Assembly (NCBI GenBank): GCA_016219355.1
Contig: JACRNF010000019.1
Location: 1 to 59,822 of the forward strand
Length of the DNA: 59,822 nt
Origin: Chlamydiota bacterium
Lineage (GTDB): Bacteria; Chlamydiota; Chlamydiia; Chlamydiales; SM23-39
Direction: 5' to 3'
Part shown: positions 1 through 8,359 of the stretch, piece after piece
How positions within the stretch are numbered: the first letter of the stretch is position 1
Layout of the letters: every line of letters starts with the position of its first letter
Made by a program: the position numbers and the translations under genes
The notes under the pieces: generated by a model
What the model was told of the DNA's origin: nothing
The model's input: the letters and a program-made list of their open reading frames with translations, nothing else
The model's database searches: none

Positions 1-755
1 AATACTGAGGCCGACATATGTTCATAGCCTTGAGGTAAAAATTTATCGGATACTTTGGCAAAAACAGTTCGAATATGTAAGGGAGCTGTTTTGACAAGTA
101 AAATATCGTTTTTATTTACAATTCTTTTTTTTCCTTCTTCCCATTTTTGATAGAGCTGTAAAAGTTCTCTAGTTTTAAAATTTTTATGTTTTAAAACTTT
201 GCCAATGGTGGGTAAAAAGGTTTTTATTTCAGGGTCGTAGGTTACAATTCCCTGTTTTAATGGAAGAAAAGCAATTGTATGCCCCTCTATTTTTTCTAAA
301 ATAAGGTCTTCTCGGTCTTTAGAGCCAAAAGATAAAAGGGGCTTGCCGAACCGATCGCATCTTCCGAACATACGCATTAAATACTCGGGATCTCTAACTT
401 TTCTTGTTTCATCGCAGGCAAACAGTTTTCCGATGTAGCATCCTTCCGATAAATATTTAATAAAATATGCTGCAATAGCGTTAAGAGCTTTTATTTCTAT
501 TTTGACTTCGGCAGAGTTTTTGGCTTTATTTAGCTCAAAGTCAAGAGTTGTTCCGTTGATTCCGATTTGGGCAAGTGTGCTCTTGATATTAAAAAAAACT
601 TGGTTTTTATCTAAATGATAGCCTACAAACACAGGAGAAATGTTTTTAATTTTTACAATAGCCTCGGTGGTTTTGTCATTAATAATCTTTAGCTTTTCAA
701 TATATCCATCAGGGGTCGTTAAATCAAAATGAGCTGAAATTAAATAACTTTCCAT
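1..755 (-). CDS. hypothetical protein; N-terminus in window, C-terminal part runs off the left edge
   Basis: ATG at 755..753 (reverse strand) preceded by AGGAAA. I checked every codon in this frame down to position 3 and found no stop. It is absent from the ORF track only because it has no stop in the window. No family recognised. Confidence 0.6.
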   Translation of the reverse strand, partial: MESYLISAHFDLTTPDGYIEKLKIINDKTTEAIVKIKNISPVFVGYHLDKNQVFFNIKSTLAQIGINGTTLDFELNKAKNSAEVKIEIKALNAIAAYFIKYLSEGCYIGKLFACDETRKVRDPEYLMRMFGRCDRFGKPLLSFGSKDREDLILEKIEGHTIAFLPLKQGIVTYDPEIKTFLPTIGKVLKHKNFKTRELLQLYQKWEEGKKRIVNKNDILLVKTAPLHIRTVFAKVSDKFLPQGYEHMSASV

Positions 756-894
756 TTGGGTTTTCCTAGTATTTAATCGAATGATAGCTATTTGCCATAA
801 AAATTTAAATTGTTTTTCTTTAGGTGATTTTCCATTGCCATATTTCAAGTGAAGAAGTTTAATGCTTTGTTAGAAAAATTAAGGAAGTGATTTT

Positions 895-1344
895 ATGACA
901 GTCGGAGTAACAGGATTAACAGAAAGTATAGATCTTTCTTCATTTACAAAAGTCGAATCAATGGATGCTCTCTCTGCTTTTGCAGGAAAAGTTGTCGCTT
1001 TTGTATGCTATAATCCTAATTTTAGGTTGGGCTATTGTTATACTATTGGAAATGTGCATTTTGGATATATTGGAAAAAAGCGTGAATATTATTTTAATGT
1101 GTATAATATTTTCATTCAAACATACGGATATGTTTTTCAAATGTTGATGAATAAATACAGTGATATTCAATATTTTGGATTTTCGGATGAAAATATTGAA
1201 AGAGAAAATTTGTGGATGAGAAAAGCCACATCAGAAGAAATCGATGAAATTAGAAGAGCAATTTTGGACAAAAAGGCAAGATTTTGTGATGATGCACCAA
1301 ATTCCTGTTTACAACTTAAAACACTAAGCTGCGTATTAATTTAA
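895..1344 (+). CDS. orphan hypothetical protein ending in a canonical CaaX box (CVLI)
   Basis: 149-aa ORF with AAGGAAG 8 nt upstream of the ATG. C-terminus is ...LKTLSCVLI*. No family recognised. Confidence 0.6.
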   Translation: MTVGVTGLTESIDLSSFTKVESMDALSAFAGKVVAFVCYNPNFRLGYCYTIGNVHFGYIGKKREYYFNVYNIFIQTYGYVFQMLMNKYSDIQYFGFSDENIERENLWMRKATSEEIDEIRRAILDKKARFCDDAPNSCLQLKTLSCVLI

Positions 1345-1443
1345 AAAAGATTAAATGTTTAGCTATCCATTTTTATTTCTTAGATCTTGAGGATAATTTT
1401 CACTATGCATAAACTTCTATATTTATAAAGCTCAAGGTTTTTT

Positions 1444-2230
1444 ATGTCTAACGAATTTATTTTAAGAAGCTTTGCCACGCATGACGGTTCTTTTCATGCC
1501 GATGAAGTCACTTCGTGCTCTTTATTGCTTTTGTATGACCGTATTGATCGAGATAAAATTTATCGTACAAGAGATCCTGCTATATTGGAGAGATGCGAAT
1601 ACGTTTGCGATGTTGGGGGTATTTACGATCCTAAAAAAAAGAGGTTTGACCATCATCAAAAAGATTATACCGGAGATTTCAGCAGCGCCGGCATGGTGTT
1701 ACTTTATTTAAAATCGATAGGTATTATCGATAGCGCGCTGCATGATTATTTTTACCAAACCTTGGTCAAACGAGGCATTTCAAGAAGCTTTAGATTTTGT
1801 AGTGAGCCATTTAGATAGAATGCAAAAAAGATTTTTTTATACTGCCAGGTGCAAAGAAAAAGTAAGAGTTCATATGGGATCTAAAGATAAATATATTATT
1901 TTTGATGAGTCCTTTCCCTGGATGGAGAGTTTTTTTGAGCTTGGGGGCAAATTCCATCCGGCATTGTTTATAATTATGCCGACTGAAAAACATTGGAAAT
2001 TAAGGGGCATTCCTCCAGATAGTGATAATAAAATGCAGGTTAGGCTTCCATTACCTTTAGAATGGGCCGGCCTGCATGATGATGATCTAAAGAAAGTATG
2101 CAATCTTGATGGGGCTGTTTTTTGTCATAAAGGAAGGTTTATTTCTATTTGGGAGACCAAAGAAGATGCTATCAGAGCTTTAAAATTCGTATTGCAAAAA
2201 GCAGGTATAAAACATGAAGACAATTTTTGA
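1444..2230 (+). pseudogene. MYG1/UPF0160-family metal-dependent hydrolase, split by a frame change near 1757-1770
   Basis: ORF 1444..1818 has the family N-terminus (HDGSFHADE...FDHHQ). ORF 1742..2230, in the +1 frame, continues with the family C-terminal half (KPW...RLPLPLEWAGL...FCHKGRFI). The central DAxDNG-type segment is missing. Confidence 0.75.
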
Positions 2231-2549
2231 AAGAATCATCGATAAAGAACTTCCGGCCGAAGTGCTTTTTGAAAATGAGAGGATTATAGCAATTAAGGAT
2301 AAATATCCGATAGCACCGGTTCATATTCTGATTATTTCTAAAAAAGTGATCAAATCAATCCAAGATATTAAGAAAGAAGATCTTGGGCTCATTCCGGAAA
2401 TGATAGAAGTTGCTCAAAATTTGGCCGATGAATTTCATATAGCAAATGGTTATCGGCTATTAACAAATACTGGCCCAAGCTCGGGTCAGACTATCTTTCA
2501 TTTACACTTTCATCTGATCGGCGGAAGAGAGCTTGGAACAATGGGATAA
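2214..2549 (+). CDS. HIT-family (histidine triad) nucleotide hydrolase
   Basis: 111 aa with the HLHFHLIGG histidine-triad motif. It overlaps the end of the MYG1-like gene, as in an operon. Confidence 0.9.
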   Translation: MKTIFERIIDKELPAEVLFENERIIAIKDKYPIAPVHILIISKKVIKSIQDIKKEDLGLIPEMIEVAQNLADEFHIANGYRLLTNTGPSSGQTIFHLHFHLIGGRELGTMG

Positions 2550-2606
2550 TTTTTTTGCTAGGTGATCTTTTATATTTTCGCTATAGTGAAAAAAAATAGG
2601 TTAATC

Positions 2607-4334
2607 ATGAGACTTCTTGTATTTTTTTTATTCCCCATTTTTTTGTTTGCAGAAATTTCTGAAGAAAAGCTTTTGCAAAGGATAAATTATCATTTAGTGA
2701 TTGAAGATTATAAATCGGCAGTTTTGGAATCTAGAGAAGCCCTGGATCATTTTCCAACATCTAAAGAAATTTGGATCTCATATATAAATGCGCTATCAAA
2801 AGATCACCAAGAAGCGTTGGCAATCGAGACTGTAAAAAACTTTTTTTCAGAATTTAAAGAAGAAGCACTTAACCGGGAAGTTTTAGAGGACCTCGGTTGG
2901 GGTATATTAAATAAAGGGTCTCAATCAATGCAGTATTCGATTAGGCTCATTAGCCTTGTTGGATCTTATTTAACCAATGATGTTAGGGCAGTTTCCATTT
3001 TATCTAACTTGATGAAAGATTCTAACGCTATTTTAAGATCGGTGGCTTTGCAACTTGCTTGCAGATATCCCGATGAGCCGTTAAGAAGACAGGTTGCCAA
3101 GCTTTTAGATGATGAGAAAGTGTGGCTTGTGCGCCTTGAAGTGATAAATACGGTTGGAGCAATGAGAATTAAAGAAAAGGACTCAAAATTAAAGGAGATC
3201 ATTGCTTCGGAAAAGTCTACGTTTGAAGAAAAGGCAAATGCTATTAAAGCCATAATAAATATTTATGACAAAGCAAGTATAGAAGAGATTAAAGTGCTAG
3301 CCAAAAGTCCAAAAGCCGGCTTAAGGCAGCTTTCAAGCGAGCTAGCGTCTCATTTTAGGGTCAAAGAGGCCAAAGAAGATATTTTATCTCTTGTGCAAGA
3401 TCCGATTGCCGATGTCAGGATTTCGGCTTTAAATGCCATTGGTTTATTTTATATTGATTTTTGTAGTCTTAAGGAAATTGAACAGATTGTAAGTTTATGT
3501 GAAAAAGATTCTGATGCGGCGGTCAGTATTACTGCTAGCTGGCTAGCTACTGTTGCCAATTTAAAAACTGGGCCTCAAAAACTCAAAGAATGGCTGTTTA
3601 ATGATTTTCCTGATAATCGAAGGCTTGCAGCCGGGGCTTTAGCAAAATGTGTGAATAGAGCGATGCCTCTTGCTAAAGAGATAATCAAAGATAGCCTAGA
3701 TCCGTTTGTCAAGGCCAATGTTGCCATAGGACTAATTGGGCAAAGAGTAAACGTTAAAGAGTGTTGTGATATAATTTTTGATCTTTTACAAAATGAAAAA
3801 CAGCTTTGGATGATAGACAATCGCAAAAATTCTTTATTTGAAGTTTTATGTCCTTCTCAGTTAAGGCATATAGATCAGATCCCTCATTATCCGGAAGCCA
3901 TCGATCAGATGACGAGGCTAAACCTATTTTCAATTTTAGCTGTTATGGAAGATACTAGGTCTTATGATGCAATTAAAAGCTTTTTAAAACAAAAGTCTTG
4001 GGGCATTACCGGTGTTGCAGCGGCAACTCTTCTTCAAGAGGGGGATTCAGAAGCTCTGCAAATTGTCAGACAGCTTTTAAAAGAAGACGATAAGGTTGTT
4101 AGAGTACAAGCGGCCCTAGTATTAGCCTTTCTTGGAAAAGATGAAACGGTAATTCCAATTTTAGAAAATGCCTATTTTGAGGCCGAAAGGGATATGAAAC
4201 TTTATATATTGGAAGCCTTAGGTCACATTGCCGAAATCGAGTCCTATCCTTTTTTTGTTAAAGTCTTAAACGAGCCTTTTCAAGCTTTAAGAGTTGTTGA
4301 CGCCTCATCGATTGTCCAAGCCATCAATAGATAA
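2607..4334 (+). CDS. secreted HEAT/PBS-lyase-like repeat protein
   Basis: The ATG at 2607 gives the signal-peptide-like start MRLLVFFLFPIFLFAE. Repeated xVRxxAxxALGxxG-type HEAT units run through the protein. The track start at 2562 is a GTG extension. Confidence 0.7.
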   Translation: MRLLVFFLFPIFLFAEISEEKLLQRINYHLVIEDYKSAVLESREALDHFPTSKEIWISYINALSKDHQEALAIETVKNFFSEFKEEALNREVLEDLGWGILNKGSQSMQYSIRLISLVGSYLTNDVRAVSILSNLMKDSNAILRSVALQLACRYPDEPLRRQVAKLLDDEKVWLVRLEVINTVGAMRIKEKDSKLKEIIASEKSTFEEKANAIKAIINIYDKASIEEIKVLAKSPKAGLRQLSSELASHFRVKEAKEDILSLVQDPIADVRISALNAIGLFYIDFCSLKEIEQIVSLCEKDSDAAVSITASWLATVANLKTGPQKLKEWLFNDFPDNRRLAAGALAKCVNRAMPLAKEIIKDSLDPFVKANVAIGLIGQRVNVKECCDIIFDLLQNEKQLWMIDNRKNSLFEVLCPSQLRHIDQIPHYPEAIDQMTRLNLFSILAVMEDTRSYDAIKSFLKQKSWGITGVAAATLLQEGDSEALQIVRQLLKEDDKVVRVQAALVLAFLGKDETVIPILENAYFEAERDMKLYILEALGHIAEIESYPFFVKVLNEPFQALRVVDASSIVQAINR

Positions 4335-4336
4335 GT

Positions 4337-4762
4337 TTAACTTGGACAACATTCGTCGTCGCAATCACAATCGCAAATATCATCCGTGTTTGCCGGGAAA
4401 ACTTGTGCTGTTTTTGGTTTGGTGCAGTTGTTAATTGCTTGGCCGATCACTACAATAGGTAAGAGAATTGGAAGAAGCGGTAAAAATGGAATTAAAACAA
4501 CAAACATTGTAAATAATGCAAAGATTTCAATTGTTATTTGTAAAATCTTTAGGGCAATTCCAATCATGGACAAAGTCAATGTCACAGAAGCGATGATGAG
4601 CGCTGCCGTAGTTCCTAATAAAGATAAAGTTAATACACTTAACAGAGCTAAGGCAACCACAGTAATTGTGATCTCTTTATTAACTTTTGAAAAAAGCTTA
4701 TCTGTATTAACAAGCCTAACATGAGCCATCTCAGGCAAAGGAGTTGATACTGCAAATGCCAT
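4337..4762 (-). CDS. Inc-like multi-pass membrane protein with an acidic Cys-rich tail
   Basis: 141 aa with long hydrophobic blocks (residues about 30-110). The tail is DDICDCDCDDECCPS*. AAAGGA lies upstream of the ATG. Confidence 0.55.
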   Translation of the reverse strand: MAFAVSTPLPEMAHVRLVNTDKLFSKVNKEITITVVALALLSVLTLSLLGTTAALIIASVTLTLSMIGIALKILQITIEIFALFTMFVVLIPFLPLLPILLPIVVIGQAINNCTKPKTAQVFPANTDDICDCDCDDECCPS

Positions 4763-4780
4763 AAAATATCCTTTTGTTAA

Positions 4781-4953
4781 TATTAACCTCAGTTTTGAGT
4801 TTAATCCTCTCAGAATCAGCTATCTTTTTGTAATTTTGTTTTCTTTTTTCCTCGAAAATAGAACCTTTGTCTATTTTCCTTGGAAAAAAGAAAACAAACT
4901 CCTCAAAAATCTTAGCAGATTCTGAGGGAAGAAACCCAAAGCTGAGGTTATTA
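4781..4953. repeat. MITE-like 173-bp palindromic element, copy 1
   Basis: 157/173 positions identical (manual ungapped alignment) to 24292..24464. Termini are TATTAACCTCAG...CTGAGGTTATTA. The left half is an imperfect reverse complement of the right half. Confidence 0.75.
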
Positions 4954-5036
4954 ATGTCTTCTTGTAAATAAATAGCCGCTCTTAAGTTTACAGAGTGTTT
5001 TTGTAACATATAAGCAACCATAAAAAGCTTCCTAAA

Positions 5037-5063
5037 ATTTTTGTAATTCAAGATTACAAAAAT
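5037..5063 (-). terminator. candidate intrinsic terminator downstream of nrdB
   Basis: Perfect 11-bp stem ATTTTTGTAAT / ATTACAAAAAT with a 5-nt loop, 65 nt after the nrdB stop. The stem is AT-only, so it is weak. Confidence 0.35.
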
Positions 5064-5127
5064 ATTTGTTTCTTTCCAATAAAAATTAAAATATTTTTTT
5101 ATAGGATTAAAAAAAAGAAAAAATAAT

Positions 5128-6147
5128 CTAAAAGTCCCAACCTTCAATTGCTGATGATTGATTATAAGAGGTCACTGTGGCTTCAAAGAAATTAGCTTTG
5201 ACATCTCCTTTGCCTTCAGTATCGGCAATCTTTTCCAAATGTTTATACGGGTGTTCCATATGACTCGGAAAAAGTGGCTTGAATTTGATTTTTTCCAATA
5301 ACTTGTTGGCAAGGTATTTGGTATATTTTTCTGTAGCGTCATTAGACATGCCTAAAATATTGTTGCCGATTATATGATTTGTCCATTGGATTTCTTGATT
5401 GACCGCTTCCATGAACATTTCATTGATCCAAGGAGTGTCGTTCTCGTCGATTATCTCGGGAATGATCTTTCTAAAAATGGAAACATGCAAAAGTTCATCT
5501 CGGTTGATATATCTTATAATGTCGGAGGTCCCATGCATTTTATGCCTGGAGGCTAGATTATAAAAGAAAACAAAGCCGTTATAAAAATAGAGCCCTTCTA
5601 AAAGATAATTGGCAATCAGCACTCTTTTAAAGTTGGCGGTGGAAGGGGAATCTAAAAATTGTTGAAAAATTTCAGCTATGTATTTGTTGCGAGTAAAAAG
5701 AACTTCGTCATCTTTCCAAAAGTCATAGATGTAGTTCCTGGTCTCTTTAGGAAGAATGGTCTCTATTATATATTGATAAGACTGTGAATGAATAGCCTCC
5801 TGATAGGTCTGAATGGCCAAAATGAGGTTTATTTCAGGTGCCGTAATATAATCTGATATATGAGGAACGTTGTTGGTTTGGACGCTATCTAAAAAGATTA
5901 AAAAACTTAAAATGCCATCAAAAGCTTTTTTCTCATCTGTTGTCAGGTTCTTATAATCGTTGATATCAGATGTTAGATCTACTTTTTCAGGGATCCAAAA
6001 ATTTTCCATCATGGACCGATAAAGTTTATTGGCCCAGTTATATTTGACATTGTTTAAATTGAAGATATTGGTAGTGTTGCCTTGTATAACTTTGCGCTCT
6101 TGGATCGAGTCATTTCCAAACGGATTAAATAGTTTTTTTGGTTTCAT
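5128..6147 (-). CDS. nrdB: ribonucleoside-diphosphate reductase beta subunit (class Ia-type, Tyr radical site present)
   Basis: 339 aa with FLDSVQ (Asp ligand), EAIHSQSY (Glu-x-x-His-x-x-x-Tyr) and later EGxxF/ExxH-type motifs typical of R2. Confidence 0.95.
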   Translation of the reverse strand: MKPKKLFNPFGNDSIQERKVIQGNTTNIFNLNNVKYNWANKLYRSMMENFWIPEKVDLTSDINDYKNLTTDEKKAFDGILSFLIFLDSVQTNNVPHISDYITAPEINLILAIQTYQEAIHSQSYQYIIETILPKETRNYIYDFWKDDEVLFTRNKYIAEIFQQFLDSPSTANFKRVLIANYLLEGLYFYNGFVFFYNLASRHKMHGTSDIIRYINRDELLHVSIFRKIIPEIIDENDTPWINEMFMEAVNQEIQWTNHIIGNNILGMSNDATEKYTKYLANKLLEKIKFKPLFPSHMEHPYKHLEKIADTEGKGDVKANFFEATVTSYNQSSAIEGWDF

Positions 6148-6156
6148 TTTTTCTCC

Positions 6157-8253
6157 TTAACTGCTGCAAGATATGCATTCTTCTTTATCTAAAGAAGAGC
6201 CGTCTTTCTGGATTGTTCTTATGTAATATATGGTTTTAATCTTTTTTTCCCATGCGTCAAGCAAGGTTTCAAAGATGTATTTGGCATTAATGTGAGGTAA
6301 ATTAAGATTAAATATTAGTTCATAGCTGATGCCGGTATCGATCCATTTTTGGATTTCTCCAATAACGGCATTAATTGCTTTAGAGTCCATGTGCTTATAT
6401 TCTTTGTAATACCAAAAACGATCTTTGATGAAAGGGGGACATACGGGTACTGATCCTTTTGAGTTCTTATCCATGTAAAATTTAGAAAAAATGGGAAGGA
6501 CCGATGGAGTGCAGCCTTGGACTAAAGCCGAAGAAGTATTGGGGGCGATGGCTAAAATTTGAGAGTTTCTGATCCCATGCTTATCAATTTTATCTTGCAG
6601 CTCTAACCATTTTTTAGGATTTTGAGAAAAAGTGGCAAAATTATTTATTCTTTCTTTATTGTCCCATTTAGAATTTTTAAAAGCTTTGAAGGGGCCTCTT
6701 TTTTTGGATAATTCGATGGAAGAGTCAATGGAGTAAAAAGCGATATTTTCAAATAGTATTCCAACTTCTTTTTGAGCCTGTTCATATTTGAGGTTGTTTT
6801 TGGCTAAATAATCGGCAAGTCCCATAGCTCCAAGGCCAATAGTGCGGTATTTATTGTTGTGAAACGAGCTTTGCTGGTCGGGAGTAGTTGTTAGATCGAT
6901 TGCATTATCTAAGATCCGAAATGGGATATACCCTTCATGAGAATTGGGATTGACTGAGTTGGCGGTGTCTTTAAAGAAAATATAGGGCATTCCGGTTTCT
7001 AACTGTGTTTTCATGATCTGTTTGAAAAGTTCTTTAGAGCTAACTTTTTTTACTAATTTAAGCTTATTATCTTGATAGGCGAGAATACATTTTTGGTAGC
7101 TCTCTTCAAATTTTTTTGAATAACATTCGGCTAGATCAATTTTCAATTTGGTTTTAACTTCATAGGGATCGAAGAGGAAAAAATCTTTATTTTCTTTGAC
7201 ACAGTTCATAAAAAGATCGGGGATGACAACTTGCGGGAATATATCATACGCTTTTCTTCTTTGGTCCCCATTTTCCGTTTGGAGCTCTAAAAATTCTTCA
7301 AAATCCAAATGCCAAACATCTAATGAAACGGTGACGGCTCCGGCCCTTTTGCCCATTTGATTTACTGCTACGGCGGTATCATTGATGATTTTGATCCAGG
7401 GGATGACTCCGCCTGAAGCATTAGGATGTTTTTTTACCCAAGATCCTTTGGCTCTAATTTTAGATAAATTGATCCCGACTCCGCCGCCATTTTTGGAAAT
7501 TTTGGCAATTTTGGTCACGGTATCAAATATGGAATTGATATCATCGTCAATAGCTATGATAAAACAAGAAGATAAATTACCACTCGGTCTTCTTAAGTTT
7601 AATAAAATAGGTGTGGCCAAAGAGATTTTTCTCGAAGCGATTAAATTGTAAAATTTTTTGGCAAAGATGAGTCTTTCATTTTTTTCTTCAACGCTGGCCA
7701 AAAGAAGAGCTATGGTCAAATAAGCTTCTTGGGGTAGTTCATCTTGTATAAGATAGCGGGTGCTAAGAAGTACAATCCCGGCATAATCATAGTCCAAATC
7801 TTTGCGGTTATCAATCCAGCTTCCTGCTTCTTCTAGCTCTACTTTTGAATAGAGTTTTAAAATTTTAGGGTCGTATTTTTTTTGTTTGACCATACTTTGG
7901 ATATGTTTTAAATAGTCTTCGTATAGGTAGCCTCGGTTTCTTTGAGTGTCTTTCCACATGTTCATAGTGAGTAACCTTCCGGCGACTATTCTCCAATCTG
8001 GCTCTTTTACCGAGGTCAAAGAAAGGGCGTGATAGATCAAATTTTCTTGAATTTGAGTGGTTTTGATTTTATCATGAAAAATTATGTCTATGGAGGCTTC
8101 TAATTTTAAAGGATTTATTTCTAATCCTTGTGTAGCCCAGGCAATAACCTTTTTGACCTTCTCAATGTCAAAATTAGCTATGGTTCCGTCTCGTTTGATA
8201 ACCGATTTTAAAAGATCTTTATGTATAGGAGGATTTTGAGTTTTAATCGACAT
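6157..8253 (-). CDS. nrdA: ribonucleoside-diphosphate reductase alpha subunit; ORF intact but apparently missing the catalytic SNLCxEI loop
   Basis: 698 aa with an ATP-cone-like N-terminus (VIKRDGT..F) and LSSCFII (the C225 region). The sequence reads FFKDTANSVNPNSHEGYIP then directly FRILDNAIDL...RTIGLGAMGLADYL. The C-terminus is Cys-rich (CISCSS). Confidence 0.85.
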   Translation of the reverse strand: MSIKTQNPPIHKDLLKSVIKRDGTIANFDIEKVKKVIAWATQGLEINPLKLEASIDIIFHDKIKTTQIQENLIYHALSLTSVKEPDWRIVAGRLLTMNMWKDTQRNRGYLYEDYLKHIQSMVKQKKYDPKILKLYSKVELEEAGSWIDNRKDLDYDYAGIVLLSTRYLIQDELPQEAYLTIALLLASVEEKNERLIFAKKFYNLIASRKISLATPILLNLRRPSGNLSSCFIIAIDDDINSIFDTVTKIAKISKNGGGVGINLSKIRAKGSWVKKHPNASGGVIPWIKIINDTAVAVNQMGKRAGAVTVSLDVWHLDFEEFLELQTENGDQRRKAYDIFPQVVIPDLFMNCVKENKDFFLFDPYEVKTKLKIDLAECYSKKFEESYQKCILAYQDNKLKLVKKVSSKELFKQIMKTQLETGMPYIFFKDTANSVNPNSHEGYIPFRILDNAIDLTTTPDQQSSFHNNKYRTIGLGAMGLADYLAKNNLKYEQAQKEVGILFENIAFYSIDSSIELSKKRGPFKAFKNSKWDNKERINNFATFSQNPKKWLELQDKIDKHGIRNSQILAIAPNTSSALVQGCTPSVLPIFSKFYMDKNSKGSVPVCPPFIKDRFWYYKEYKHMDSKAINAVIGEIQKWIDTGISYELIFNLNLPHINAKYIFETLLDAWEKKIKTIYYIRTIQKDGSSLDKEECISCSS

Positions 8254-8359
8254 ATAGCACCTTTTGTTTTCAACCTAATATTTCAATTTAGAATATAACT
8301 AATTTTTATCCAATGAAGAAAAGAAAAATGATGCAAACAACTTAGAATCAAAGCAATGA

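Noticed and set aside
2562-2606. N-terminal extensions from alternative start codons in the ORF track (2562 GTG, 8847, 13618 TTG, 25979, 26954, 27094 TTG, 43274 TTG, 45415, 57348).
   Set aside because: The internal ATGs have better SD spacing or give canonical N-termini (signal peptides; IF-1 and RpoB starts). The extensions add non-conserved residues.
4731-5147. A 138-aa ORF sharing the peptide NNLS.GFLPSESAKIFEEF.FFF.RKI.KGS.FE.KR.QN.KKIADSE with the N-terminal extension of ORF 23801..24478. At first sight this looks like a conserved protein domain.
   Set aside because: The similarity is confined to the 173-bp palindromic repeat and is simply its translation. The ORF has no RBS, runs through a hairpin, and the Nudix gene has a better internal start (24292) with a GAGG SD.
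8254-8359. I looked for NrdR-box palindromes upstream of nrdA.
   Set aside because: Only weak AT-rich partial palindromes are present (e.g. TTAGTTATATTCTAAAT). I cannot distinguish them from background by eye, so I make no claim.
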